A DNA stretch of 64,000 nt from Callorhinchus milii (Eukaryota). The stretch lies in contig NW_024704742.1 of NCBI RefSeq assembly GCF_018977255.1, forward strand, positions 99,078,001-99,142,000, written 5' to 3'. The translations under genes were made by a program, and so were the position numbers. This document shows, in pieces, positions 12,031 to 25,020 of the stretch. Below the pieces are notes generated by a model. That model searched no databases. It was not told the DNA's origin and was given only the letters and a program-made list of their open reading frames with translations. Every line of letters begins with the position of its first letter. Position 1 is the stretch's first letter.

Positions 12031-15000
12031 AAAAGCATTAGAAGGTTATCTGAATGAAACTGTACACACCACCGTAGGCTAGGGCATAGGTGGCTAGGGC
12101 GAGAGAGAGAGAGCTCAGCCCCACAAATCCATTTACAGCTCACCTATTTAAGGCCTTGGGCCATCCTCCTGACATGAAAGGCTCTATACAAATGTAACTT
12201 TGTGGTTATTGAATGCCACCCTGAATGCCATGCATCTCTTTGAACAGTGCATGCTTTTTTTGGACTGAAAAGGTAGTTACAAAGGAATCACCGTGGAATG
12301 TTGCTAATCTAAAAAGGCATTTCTCAACTGCCTTAAAACAGCAACAAAGTCTATACTTTTACAGCAGAGATTTCCTTAACATGTAGCGTACCTTTCTAAC
12401 AAAACCTTGGACAAGTTTCCTTACTCTACTCGCCTTGCAAGTGAAAGACCTCAGTTCGATTCCTAGAAGGGCAAAATGTTTGGCAAATTTTCTTATTGCA
12501 CACACTTCCGTTTACTTAGCAGTAAATAGGAACCCAGTTGTTAGTCGATTAGCGGATTGCTTTTCTGGTGGTAATAATCCCTTTAACACAAATTGGCCAC
12601 TCAATCCATGACTGTGGGACACTGCTGTGTGCAATTGGCTTCCGTGTTTCAATTTACAGTATATTCTGTGAAGCGCTTTGAGACATCTCAAAGACGTGAT
12701 AAGGCACTATATCAAATGCAAGGATTATTATTATTATTATTGCTGCTCTGTTTATTTGACACACTTCTCACACAACAAATTAAGTAAACAAAATACATCT
12801 AGGTTAAGATTTTAAGATTCATGCTCTGTGGCCCCACTGTTTTTAACCTGAAAACTTACATTTGCACTAAGATTGAGAAAAATGGAATTCGTTCTTCAAC
12901 TAGCTGTCAAATTAAAGCAATTTCTGTGAAGTCACAATTTTAATATGGTTTAACAAGACTAGGTGCTATGTTTTTCAATGGCTTGGGAGGTTCTCCCGAC
13001 GTGAAAGCGCTTTACAAATGTAATTTTGTTGTTGTCGTCGGTTCAGATGGACATTAAAGATCTCATGACTTTAGTCAAAAATTAAGAGGAGTTTCTCCCA
13101 GTATTCTGGTCGCAGATAAAATTGGTTACTTACTTCACTTTTGTATGCAAATTTACTGCCGTGTTCACCTACAAACAGTCACTACACTTTACAATATAAC
13201 CTGTAATATCATGAAATGCTTTGAGACATCCTCCAGATGTAAAAGGTGCTATATCAAATGCAAGGATTATTAATAATAGATTAAATTAATAAGTCAGACC
13301 ACCTCTTCAAAGCCAACAGCAGTGTCATTGGCTGGAGACCCGGTGTACATTCAACTACATTCACAGGAATCTAAAAACACTCTAGGAATCAGGCAACTCT
13401 GGCTTAACTACCAGACTTTTCCAAAGCTTCTGACCTCACATCATCAGAGGAGCCAAATATCCAGAGAGGTTTTGTGCTGTAAACTCCAAGATACCTCTCT
13501 CAGGAAATCCCCTCATTTACATATTTATAAAGTAGTACTTTGAACAAAGCTCTCTCTCAAGTGTTTGTTTCCCCTTTTCAAATGGGATACTGCTGGAGCA
13601 GATGAGGTTTCTCTGCAGTTGCTTTATTTTATCTGGGAGAATTTGATGCCCTGCGAGCACTAAGTGCCAAAATCCCATCAAGAATACTCCATTCCCCAGC
13701 AGTATTATTAGAAAACAATTCCTAGACATCAGAATTTTGTTTGATAAATTCTTTATATGGCAGAACAAGTCTGTATTTTGAAATCTGGTACAGTTTGGAT
13801 CATAAATGATTAAATAGCCATTATCCAAAGAGATAATGCAGACAATTGCATAATCTCAAATAAAAGTAGCCCGAAGCACATTGATGACGTACCAAACTTT
13901 TTGGATTTTCAGGATTTAAGATCTAATTTTGACTAGATCAATGCCTACTGCTTGGGGCACGAGGATAGGCAAACAGTACTGAACACCTCATCCAAACAAG
14001 CACACTATTGCTGGCTGCTCATATTTTAGCATGCAACAATTGAAAAGACTTCTAAGCCATTGTAAAAACTACTGCTTCAGCAAAGTATTCAGAACTCATC
14101 TGTATTGACATTGCAGGACTCATTTTTAGAAAACCAAATGACCATAGGCTTCTCCTCAGCCCTTTTAGTTTCCAACATTCCTCACTGAAATACAGAGTTG
14201 GACCTTGGTTATTGTGCCCTTTCCTATAGGGCTCTCTGTTCGACAATTTGCCTATTTTCTGAATATCAGTAAGGCCCAACGTTCACGGCGCCTCTGGTAG
14301 CGCAGAGTCCCATTCTTTTCCGCGGAAAGATTATTTATGTTCCTGGTTCCAAGTACACTTTTTTCAGTTTGCTTGTCCACTTCTCCAGCCACCTGTGAAA
14401 CTCTGGTGGGCAGAAACATGAACTCATTGATTTGCAACTTCTGCAACATCAAAACCATAACAAAGTTGTTGTTGCCATCAGAATAGGATAGCCATGTATT
14501 ATAAACAGAGCTATACACATGGGCAGGGGGTGGCTCAGGCTAGAGAAGGCTCATCCCCCTCCCCCAACCCAATCCACGACTGTTTGTGGGACACTGCTGA
14601 ATGGAATTGGCTGCAGCGTATTGCCCATAAAATATACAGTCAATCCACTTTACAGTATATTTTGTGAAGCACTTAGAGACATCTCAACAACATGATAAAA
14701 TGCTGTATCCAATGTAAGGGTTATCATTATCCAACTTTTCTCCACATTTGGCTAATGGGAGGTTGTGGCCAGAGAGGGGTGCTGCTCTCAGCGGTGCGTA
14801 ACGGGATGTAAAATAAAGTAAAGCAAGTGTAGCAGTCAATAAATTGAGTGAGCAGAAAGTAGATCAGCCTCCCTCAAGAATATTTTCAGCCACTATCTAC
14901 GATGATACCTGTGGAACTGACATCAAAGTACTGTTCTAATTGAAGCCTCACTGCAACATAAACTCTGGACACCCAAGAGGTGAAGATGCAGGCCAAGTAT

Positions 15001-16159
15001 ATTCCTTAAGGACAAGCACACACCATGTTGCCAAAATAAACCATATGATGAGCTCAATTGCAGCACAAATCATTACATTTGGCCACAACCAATATCTTGA
15101 CTCACCAATGGAAGACAAGATTGTTCTACATTGATTTCACAAATCACCAGAAACAACAATTTTCATTTTTATAGGGATCTTCACACAGGCAGGATCTTGG
15201 AGCATGAAATATGGATCAACCAGTGAAAGACCTCACCACCAAACAGTGCAGTGATGCATTATATCCTGACAAATGCAGTTCATCTCCTGACAGCAGTGAG
15301 GAAGGAGGAGAAATACCACATAATAAAACATTTTTCCAATGGGAAACAGAGATTGCAACAAGACATGTCAGAGAGATTTCAAGCAGACTCCCCAGTTACT
15401 CAACCCCAATTACGTGTTAAGATAGCAATCAGATAACAATCATGTCTTCAAGCTACAAGATTGAACGAACAAAGCAATATGCAATCACTTGCTTTTAGTA
15501 CAACTCTGTGTTCAAGGGCATACCAGAAACAGATCACATTTCAAACTGGACTAACAAGCCCACTAATCTTCGTTGGGCTTGTAGTTCATGGAATGTAAAC
15601 TATTTTTACAGTACAGTATAGCTGATTTGAAATAAAAGCTCTACAAACTGATTTTTTATTTCATTTTGGTAAATGTAACTATCTGGTGATGTCACTAAAA
15701 TAACTATGAACCCATAGGATCAGCTATCCTTTCACAGTACGAGTGAGCATGTAAATTTGATTATTAAACTGTTAAAAAAAATAGAAACTGGATGTATACC
15801 AGTCAATGTCCCATGTAATCTTGATAAAATAAATGACACTTTGTTTGTGCATACCAGCACACCTACTAAACTTGCTGAAGAAAAAAGCTGTAGATTAGTT
15901 TAAAAAAATCAGAAACATTTTAGCTGAACCCATTGGATACCAATAACACCTCTCCTCAGGACTTGGGATTGATTTCCTTGAGCACTATATAAATGCAAAC
16001 AAGTTGTTTACGGTTACAGACAGAGGACAAAATGAAACACGTCAGCAACGGTGAAAATTTTCTATGTTTTTTTGGGAGGGGTTAAAATTTAGTAGAGTAA
16101 AATTTAAAAGCTATGGATCTTTAATGTACAGCTTGAATAGGTGCAAATTGTATATATTC

Positions 16160-18240
16160 AACAACAACAACAAGATTACATTTGTATAGCGCCTTTCACG
16201 TCAGGAGGACGTCCCAAGGCGCTGGACAGAGTACAGCATTTCAAGTCCGAGCTAAGGGAGGGGAAGGGAAGGTGGGTGGCCAATGGCAAGGTCGAAGAGG
16301 AGAGTCTTGAGTCACGACCTGACGGAGGTTAAGGAGGGGGTGAGGCGGAGTGACTGGGGGAACGTAGAGCAGACCGGAGCCGGCTGAGCGGAGGGAACTG
16401 GTGGGTTGGTAGGGGGTTAGGAGGTCGCAGAGGTAGGGTGGGGTGAGGCCATGGAGGGCTTTGTAGGTAAGGATCAGGATCTTGAACTGGATCCTCTGAA
16501 GGATAGGGAGCCAATGGAGTTGGGTGAGAATGGGGGAGATGGGGGTCACGGAGTTTGGTGCGGGAGAGGACACGGGCTGCAGAGTTCTGGATTATCTACA
16601 GTCTGTGGAGGGAGGAGTTGTGAAGGCTGACAAGCAGGACGTTTGCATAGTCGAGCCTGGAGGTGATGAAGACATGAACAAGAGTTTCAGTGGCCTGAGG
16701 GGTGAGGTAGTGGCGGAGTCAGGTGATGTTATGGAGGTGAGGGAAGGCAGAGCAGGTCATGGCTTGAAAGTGGAAGAGAAAAGACAGTTGAAGGTCGAAC
16801 AAGACACCGAGGTTCCTGACTGGCTTGGTGAGTTGTAGTGTGCAGCCATGGAGGTTGATGCTGCCAGAGCCTGAGGTGCTGAGGCGCTGGCGCGAGCCAA
16901 TCAGGAGGGCCTCAGTCTTGTTCACATTCAACTGTAGGAAATTTGCCCTCATCCAGGACTTGATGTCCGACCGGCAGTCTGTCAGGACAGCAGTGGTCCT
17001 GGAGTTAAGGGTGGAGGCAGAAATAATAATAATAATAATCCGTGCATTTGATATAGCGCTTTTCACGTCGGGAGGACGTCCCAAAGCGCTTCACAGAACA
17101 CACTGTAAAGTGAATTGACTGTATATTTGTGGGCGAATGCGGCAGCCAATTGCACACAGCAATGTCCCACAAATAGTCGTAGATTGAAAATGACAAATTT
17201 ATTATTGTTTTTGGTTTTGGAGGGTTTATTATTAGGCGTGTGGAGTAAGGAAACTTGCCCAAGGTTTCGCCCTCTGCCTGGAATTGAACTCAGGTCTCTC
17301 GCTTGCAAAGCGAGTGCTCTTACCACTGAGCTACAGGACTCCACAGAAAGATAGTATTGGGTGTCATCCCCATACATGTGGAAGTTGACCCCATATCTGT
17401 GGATGATGTCACCAAGGGGGAGCATGTAGATATTAAAGAGGAGAGGGCCAAGGACAGAGCCCTGGGGGACGCCAGACGTGACAGTGCGGGGCCTGGAGGA
17501 GAAACCGTTAGAGGCAACGAAGTGGAGACGGTGAGAGAGATAGGAATCGAACAGACAAGGGCAGGTTCGTGAAGACTGAGTAAAGTGGATAGGCGGTGTA
17601 TGAGGATGGAGTGGTTGACAGTGTCGAAGGTGGCAGAGAGGTCGAGGAGGACACGGAGGCAGAGGGAGCCCTGATCACAGATGTTCAGAATGTCATCAGT
17701 GACTTTGACCAGGGCTGTTTCCAGGCTGTGGGCAGTGTGGAAGCCGGATCGGAGGGGTTCAAAGAGGGAATGGCGAGAGAGAAAGCAGCGGAGCTGGGAC
17801 CCAACGACTCGTTCCAGGACCTTGGAGAGGAATGGGAGGTTAGAGGTTAGAGATGGGGCGGTAGCCGGAGAGGAGGGATGGATCCAGGGAAGGTTTTTTC
17901 AGGATGGGGCTGATGACGGCTGTTTTTAGGGGGTTGGGAACTGAACCGGTGGATAGGGAGAGATGGATGACATCGGACAGGAGTAGGGCCAGAAGGTGGA
18001 GCTGGGAGACGAGGAGAGGGGTGGGGATGGGATCGAGGGAGCAGGTGGTGGGTTTGAGTTTGCGGGGAGTCGTGGTGAGGGAGGAGGGAGAGATAGGGTT
18101 GAAGGAGTTTAGGGGGAATGGGTGGGGGGGTGGGTCATGAGGGAGAGGTGGGAGTGGCTGTAGACGGGGCTGAGATGGCTGAACGTATCTCCTCGATTTT
18201 TGATTTGAGGAAGTCCAGCATCTCCTCACAGTTTGCCGTA
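16160..18240 (-). mobile_element. L2-clade LINE, 5'-truncated (RT to 3' end)
   Basis: Fragments [67 protein letters not shown]; (TTG)n tail; frameshifted. Confidence 0.9.
17022..17345 (-). mobile_element. Same SINE family, nested in an L2 LINE
   Basis: Reverse-complement copy interrupting L2 RT sequence; AGAAA on both sides. Confidence 0.9.
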
Positions 18241-18729
18241 TACTTACAAAATACAATACAAAATGACATTTGTACAGCACCTTTTACATCGGGAGTACTC
18301 GAGCGGGGTGGAGGGGGGTGGGGGAGGGGGGGGGGGAGTTAGAATCAGGAAGGGTGGCCAAAGGCACAGTCGAAGAGATGGTTCCATTTTACAGTATATT
18401 GACACCTTGAAGGAGGCAAGGAAGGCAACTTTGAAACATTAACATAATAAGACACTATATCAAATGCAAGTATTATTCATGATAATGCTTGCATTTGATA
18501 TAGTATTTTTCACAACAGGAATGCGTCTCAAAACTCTTCACAAGTGTAGGACTATTTGTATGCAAAAGGTCCTACATTCCATTTTGTTACTGCTGCTCTG
18601 GATGTGATCAGCAAACTCAGCACAGTGAAGATTGAATATGTGATTTAGTACAGGACCTTGATTGATTTCGAGAAAACAGTACACAACAACAACAGTTGCC
18701 AAATGTATTTTTAAACGGTTTTTGGGGGT

Positions 18730-19020
18730 CAGTCGGTCTGACACATGTGGAAATCCATTGCCATGCTTAAGCGTATCCAAACCAAACTGAGAATTCAATG
18801 CATCCACCTACACATGGAAATTCCAGAGATAGGCAATTGTTGGGAGTGGAATGCACACTCTCTGTCTGGCAAGCTTTCCCGCTGCTTGTCCAGCAAGGAT
18901 CATCCCACACTTTAGAGATTTGCCTTGCAGGGTTAACAGGAGCTGAGTGGGATCATTCTCTCCCCCCGCCCCCATGACTGATCTGCCCTTCCAAGTCCTT
19001 CCGATGAGCTGTGCCGTCAT
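18730..19020 (-). repeat. Unclassified interspersed repeat (copy 1)
   Basis: Colinear similarity to 62295-62720, and in part, on the opposite strand, to 45500-45640. Confidence 0.65.
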
Positions 19021-19869
19021 AATTTTCTTCCACTACAACTTTCCGACGAAGTCCATTCAAACTTCACTACTGTCTTCTGTCTGTTGTATATCAAGTGTCT
19101 TAATCCAGTGCTTTAAGCAGCATATTTTAACAATTTATACATTTTAAAATCAGTGTGTTTTCATGTGAATTGTCTCAGAATGTAAAAACACAATATTGTA
19201 AGCAAAAATATTTTCACCGGCTGAGATAGCAAAACACCTCACTGCCCTGTCCCTCCAGGCACCATAAGAGTCTTAATAATATAAAATATTGAATACTTCC
19301 ATTTTGTATAGTACCTTTCATATCAAGATTATGTCCCAGTGACTGTATTCTGTGTAGGCAAATGTGGTAGCCAAGTGGCACACAGCAATGTCCCATAAAG
19401 TGAACAACAATTTTTTTCAATGGGGGGAGAAAGGCCGAATACCAGGAGAAACTCCCTTCTGTTTGAATAGTGCAATGGGATCTTTGTAATACTTGGCTGA
19501 ACAGACAAGGGAACTTCAGTTTAACATCTCATCTAAAGGACGGCACCTCCAAAAATACCACACATCCCCAACACTGCTTTAGACTGAGTTCCAAATCCCG
19601 ATGTGGGGCTTGAACCCACAACCTTTGGGCAAAGGGTGCTGCCAACTGAGACTGACACACCAGATCTTCTATCCCTTGATCACAACATAAACCCTGTGTA
19701 AGACATTTAAATGACAAGGTATTCTTCCAACTTTTGAGGGAATGATTCAGTTCACATTTCTCCCCACAGCCAATTCCTCCCAAGGCACATGTGAACTGCA
19801 AATATAAGCCCTACATAGCTCTGATATTACTACTGTAGTAGGTTGGAAGCATGAAGCTGGGAGGTGGAT

Positions 19870-20665
19870 TTAAATGCTCCCCTGGGCGACGTCATCCACA
19901 GACACGGATCTAAACTCCTCAACCTCCCTAAGCTCTCCCTCAGACTCACCGAACCAGTGTGCAATCTAAGCATCCTGTTCGACCCCCAGCTGTCCTTCCT
20001 CCCCCACATACAATTCCTGATCAGGACCACTTTCTTCCACCTCCGCCACATTGCCTGCCTCCGACCGTACCTTACCCAAATGCAGGCGAAATTCTTGTGC
20101 ATGCATTTGTCACCTCTCACTTGGATTACTCCCAATGCACTCCTCGCCAGTCTCCCCAGCTCCACTATTCAAAAAATTCAGCTCATCCAGAACTCTGCCG
20201 CTCGCATACTTACCCGGACCAAATTTCGTCCCCACATCTTACCAGTTCTGGCCAGGCTCCACATCACTGATCGGATCGACTTCAAGATCCTCACACTTGT
20301 GTTCAAATGCCTTCGCTCCCTGGCACCTCCCTACCTCCCTTACCTCCTCACTCCCCAATCCACTACCCAGCGCCTCCGCACAACTGGCACTGACGTCTTG
20401 CTCGTCACTCACCCCTTGCATCCTCCTCTCCACCATTGGAGGTTGCGCTTTCAGCCACTACATCCCGAAACTCTGAAACACGCTCCCTCAATCTCCCCGC
20501 TTTGCTCCCTCTCTCCCCTTTATCAAGTCCCACCTGAACATCTTCCTCATCGAATGTACACCACCCCCACCCCAACCTCGGCTCGGAGTCAGTCTTCGCC
20601 ACTGTTAAGCGCTCTGAGACTCTACCCTGCATGGAGGGTGCTACACAAGTGCAAGTTGGTGTTGT
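19870..20665 (+). mobile_element. L2 LINE 3' fragment (second family)
   Basis: IQLIQNSAARILTRT, RIDFKILTLVFK; tail ACCCTGCATGGAGGGTGCTA...GTTG. Confidence 0.88.
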
Positions 20666-21444
20666 GGACGTGAATTTCTTCTAGGCAATATTTAGTTTAT
20701 AGTTAACCATTTATTTTCCAGGATTCTGCACCATTCAGGGGTAACAAAACAGAATAAAATTGTCTGGGACAGTTTGGAATTCAGAAAGTTACAACCTTAT
20801 TTTATGTGTTGTCAGAACAGTACAAAAAGGCATCAAAAGTTGCAACACAACTTCGTAAAACTGCTTGGCACCAGAATAACACTTACATAGTGATACCATA
20901 TGAATTTAACTGTGTTTTACATACAATAGTACTGAATAAACAAGCAATTATAATGATGCACTAATAACCAAATAAATGCATCCTTAAACTTCAGTTCCCT
21001 GCAGAGCAACATCATATTTCTTACAGCTAAACAATTCATTGGCAGCAATTAACCAACTAGAAATAAGTAATGAGTATTTCAATCATATAGTGACTTAAAT
21101 TTCAGTTCAAAAAGGTTACATAACCTAAACGTCAATGATCTCAGCACAAATGGTCTGCAGCTTCTATTTGTCAAATAGCAGCAAAGGGAATAAAGCACCT
21201 CAGCAGCCCACCATTTTGTCAAGACCACCAGATTCACTGCTCAAACATCACACGTATATTATTTTTTTTTAAATGTAGCAATCACATTCTTGTCTCTCTC
21301 CAATACAGAGCATTGTATTTCAAGAGGATAAAACATTGCTTTCAAAAAAGAGCAACATGCTAATTGAGATTTTCTCTTTTAAAAAAATGCTTGAACTTCC
21401 ATCAAACTATGTTTCGGACAAAATTAAAATGAATATACAATAAA

Positions 21445-21803
21445 ATAATAATCCTTGCATTTGATATAGCGCCTTATTGTGTTTTCGAGACATCTCCCAA
21501 GTGCTTCACAGAATATACTGCAGTGAATTGACTATAATGTGTGGGCAAAATGCAGCAGCCAATTGTACAGTTCCCACAAACAGTCGTGGATTGAGTGACC
21601 AAATTATTATTTTATTTATTCTTTGAAGGGATTATTACCCCCGGAAAAGTGATCCACCAACTACTGGGTTCCTACTTACTGCTGGGTGAACAGAGGCGCG
21701 TGGAGTAAGGAAACTTGACCAACATTTCGCCCTGCCCGGGAATTGAAACCAGGAACTCTCACTTGCGAGGCGACTGCTCTAACCACTAAGCTACAGGATT
21801 CTA
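21445..21803 (-). mobile_element. Same SINE family, long variant
   Basis: tRNA head and tail plus an extra internal ~60-bp segment (CAGCAGTAAGTAGGAACCCAG...). Confidence 0.85.
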
Positions 21804-22941
21804 CAACATAAAGATAGAGCAACATGCTATCATTATCCTACAAAAACCTCAAGTAGTGGTTATACTTGGATAGAGCTGCACACACGCACACCCATGTTAA
21901 AATTTAAGGCTTTTTACCAAAAGGCAAATGGTAAAGCACATTGCTCATCATGCAGGAGTCACCTTTAAGCTTACAATTTAAAATACCTGGAACTACTACA
22001 CAACATTTTTAAATGTTTAAACAAAAGCTTGAAAAGTAAGGAGTGAGTGACTTGGATGTGGGTCAATTGCACAAAAACTTGCTCATCAAATGTGCAAACA
22101 CGACATAGGCAGAAACTTTTCTTAAATGTGGAGCTAAGGAAAAACGCGACTGCTTAAGGAGCACAGAATAAAAGATCGGACATTTTACAAATTAAGAGAT
22201 TTTTTTTAAAAAAAAACAGAATAAAAACCTTGTGCCATTTCATCCGAAATGTTTGTTTTTTTCAGGAAAAAAAAGGATTGAAAAAAAAACGCTCAAACTG
22301 CGATTGGAAAACGAAAAATCTAGTAACGTCGACGGTACAATTTTTTTGTACCCCCCACCCCCCCCCCCACAAAAAAAATCCCAAGAATAAAAGCATTCAA
22401 GCAGCAGCACCAGGGGAATAAAGCAGCTGCTTTGTTAGTGTAGGAATTGCTGGTGTGTTGATTTTCCAATGCGGTGTTCCTGTCACACACTGAACTGGAG
22501 AGACAAAAAAAAATGGGGGGTTGGGGGTGGGGGGGAAAAAAAGGTTGGAGGTTTATAACGTCGACCTGGTAATTGGTCGGGAAAGTTTTGGAAAGTTACA
22601 TTCCCTTTGCTCGCAGTTCACGGGAGTGCAAACGGATGGGACGGGGACTCCATCCCCCACTGAGAGCAGCACAGGAGGAGCCTCTGCCATTGAGTGGGGA
22701 TCGCGCCTTTGTCTGCACAGCCCGTGTTACTGAGCACAGGGCGGGTGGGTGTGAGGCCACAGGGATAGGGAGGAGGGGGCTTGGGGGGGGGGGTGGGCGA
22801 AAAAGGCTCCTGTACATCTCCTAATTCTCTTATTTTTATACATATATATTGTTAACGCAAATAGACGGGGTGGTGGACTGCATATTGATTTCCATGTGCG
22901 ATAGCTGGAGTAAGGTTTACAGGCGCTGCCCCCCACCCCAC

Positions 22942-22972
<31 letters not shown>

Positions 22973-23377
22973 CACAGGGACGAACCTGAACCCTCCAGTC
23001 AGGCACAGCGACACCGCCTTCTTCCTATATATGGTCAGACAGTGGAGCGGCCTCTCCCCATTCAATGGTCGCCAACTCACACACTGCAGCACCAAACTGC
23101 ACCACACACACACACCACACAGAGAGACCGCTCGCTATCTAACACACCGCGACCGGGGTTAATGGGACTAAGACCAGGTCCGGCTTCGGTGCTGACCCAG
23201 TGACGGACTGGTCCCGTCACTTACACACTGCAGCACCTTCTTTTCCTTAAAAGGTACAACGGGAAATTCCGTAATCGCTAATGAAACGCGAGACTTTTAC
23301 TACCACCGCACCATCTCTTGAGCCATTCGGGGGCTTTCCAGTGGTTTATAATACACAAAGGTCCAGTGGCTATACCC

Positions 23378-24035
23378 CTGAGTGAGTGAGTGAGTGGGTG
23401 GGGGAGTGAGTGAGAGGGGTGGGGGGGTGAGTGAGGGGGGGGGGTGAGTGAGGGGTGGGGGGTGAGTGAGAGGGGGTGGGGGGGGTGAGTGAGGGGGGGG
23501 GGGGTGAGTGAGAGGGGGTGGGGGGGGTGAGTGAGGGGGGGGGGGTGAGTGAGGGGTTGGGGGGGTGAGTGAGTGAGGGGGGGTGGGTGAGGGAGTGAGT
23601 GAGGGGGGTGAGTGAGGGAGTGGGGGGTGAGTGGGGGGGGGTGAGTGGGGGGGGGGGTGAGTGAGGGGGGGGTGAGTGAGTGAGTGAGGGGGGTGAGTGA
23701 GGGGGGGGTGAGTGGGGGGGGGGGGGTGAGGGGGGGGGGGTGAGTGAGTGAGGGGGGGTGAGTGAGTGAGGGGGGGTGGGTGAGGGAGTGAGTGAGGGGG
23801 GTGAGTGAGGGAGTGGGGGGGTGAGTGGGGGGAGGGGGTGAGTGAGTGGGGGGAGAGTGTGAGTGGGGGGAGGGGGTGAGTGAGTGAGTGGGGGGTGTGA
23901 GTGAGTGGGGGGGTGGGTGAGTGAGGGGTGAGTGGGGGGTGGGTGAGTGAGGGGGGGGTGAGTGAGTGGGGGGGTGAGTGAGTGAGTGGGGGGGTGGGTG
24001 AGTGAGTGAGTGAGGGGGGGGGTGAGTGAGGGGGG
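23378..24035 (+). repeat. G-rich degenerate tandem repeat (GTGA/GAGT units + G-runs)
   Basis: ~660 bp essentially without C on the + strand. Confidence 0.95.
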
Positions 24036-24728
24036 GATCACAAGGCAGAGCAAATGCAATAGTTAAAGCTGGGGGGAGGGGGGTTCACAATTCGCCTATG
24101 TAACTCACACTCAGACGCGCATGAGGTCCCACTGCCCTCCTGGTGTCACGGGCATCGCTATCATGAGAGCTTTCTCCACAAATGGTAGAGGACAAACCAC
24201 ACTCTCAACCCCCTGTGCAATTGATTTGAATATGTAGAGCGCCCAAGACTTTTTTTTCGAAACAAAAAAAAACTCAAGTTTATAAGGGGAACTCTCTACA
24301 CAAATAGAGAGAGAGAGAGGGAAGGTGGGGAGGGGGGGGGGGCAGATTTAATACAGGACGCGACATTTTCACTGATAACTCGGCGATGAGTTTGCAATCG
24401 GTTGATCGCTTGCGGCAGTTTTTTTTGTTCGGTGCATTTTATATTAAAAAATAATGCAAAAAATGACCTCAAGATGCCATCGGAATACCTTGTCCATTTA
24501 AAGTCATTGCCAATGGGTGCACACGTTTCCGAATAAATCCAGTGCACTCAAACATCCCCCCCACACACACACACCCTCCCCCCCTCGTGTACCACAAACA
24601 CAGAGAGAGAGAGAGAGGAGGAGGGGAGGGGGGGTGGGGGGGGGGGGTAGAGGATGAACCCAGATTTAACACAGAGCAAAAAAAAACCAGAGACACGAAA
24701 TAAAAAAAAATCTGCTGAAATGATGATC

Positions 24729-24799
24729 ACAACAATAACAATAAATAATAATAAACAAGAATAATAAATAATAACAAATAATAATAATAAATAATAATA

Positions 24800-24835
<36 letters not shown>

Positions 24836-24976
24836 TAATAATAAATAATAAATAATAATAAATAATAATAATAATTAATAAAAAATAATAATAACAAATA
24901 ATAATAATAAATAATAATAACAAATAATAATAACAAATAATAATAACAAATAATAATAATAAATAATAATAATAAT
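24729..24976. repeat. (TAA)n-type microsatellite
   Basis: ~250 bp of imperfect AAT/AAAT repeats ~40 bp into LMNB1 intron 1. Confidence 0.95.
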
Positions 24977-25020
24977 TGAGCCATGACTTTGCAGTGGGCT
25001 GAGCCGGGAGCCGGACTCAC

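Noticed and set aside
19864..20673. 269-aa ORF (and 44306-45046, 51723-52322)
   Set aside because: Decayed L2/CR1 ORF2 fragments, not host genes or intact elements
23024..23034. CArG-like CCTATATATGG
   Set aside because: Seven A/T bases between CC and GG rather than the six SRF requires
23370..24059. 229-aa Pro/His/Thr-rich ORF
   Set aside because: Translation of the G-rich tandem repeat
24666..25020. Tyr/Ile/Leu-rich hydrophobic ORFs
   Set aside because: Translation of the (TAA)n microsatellite
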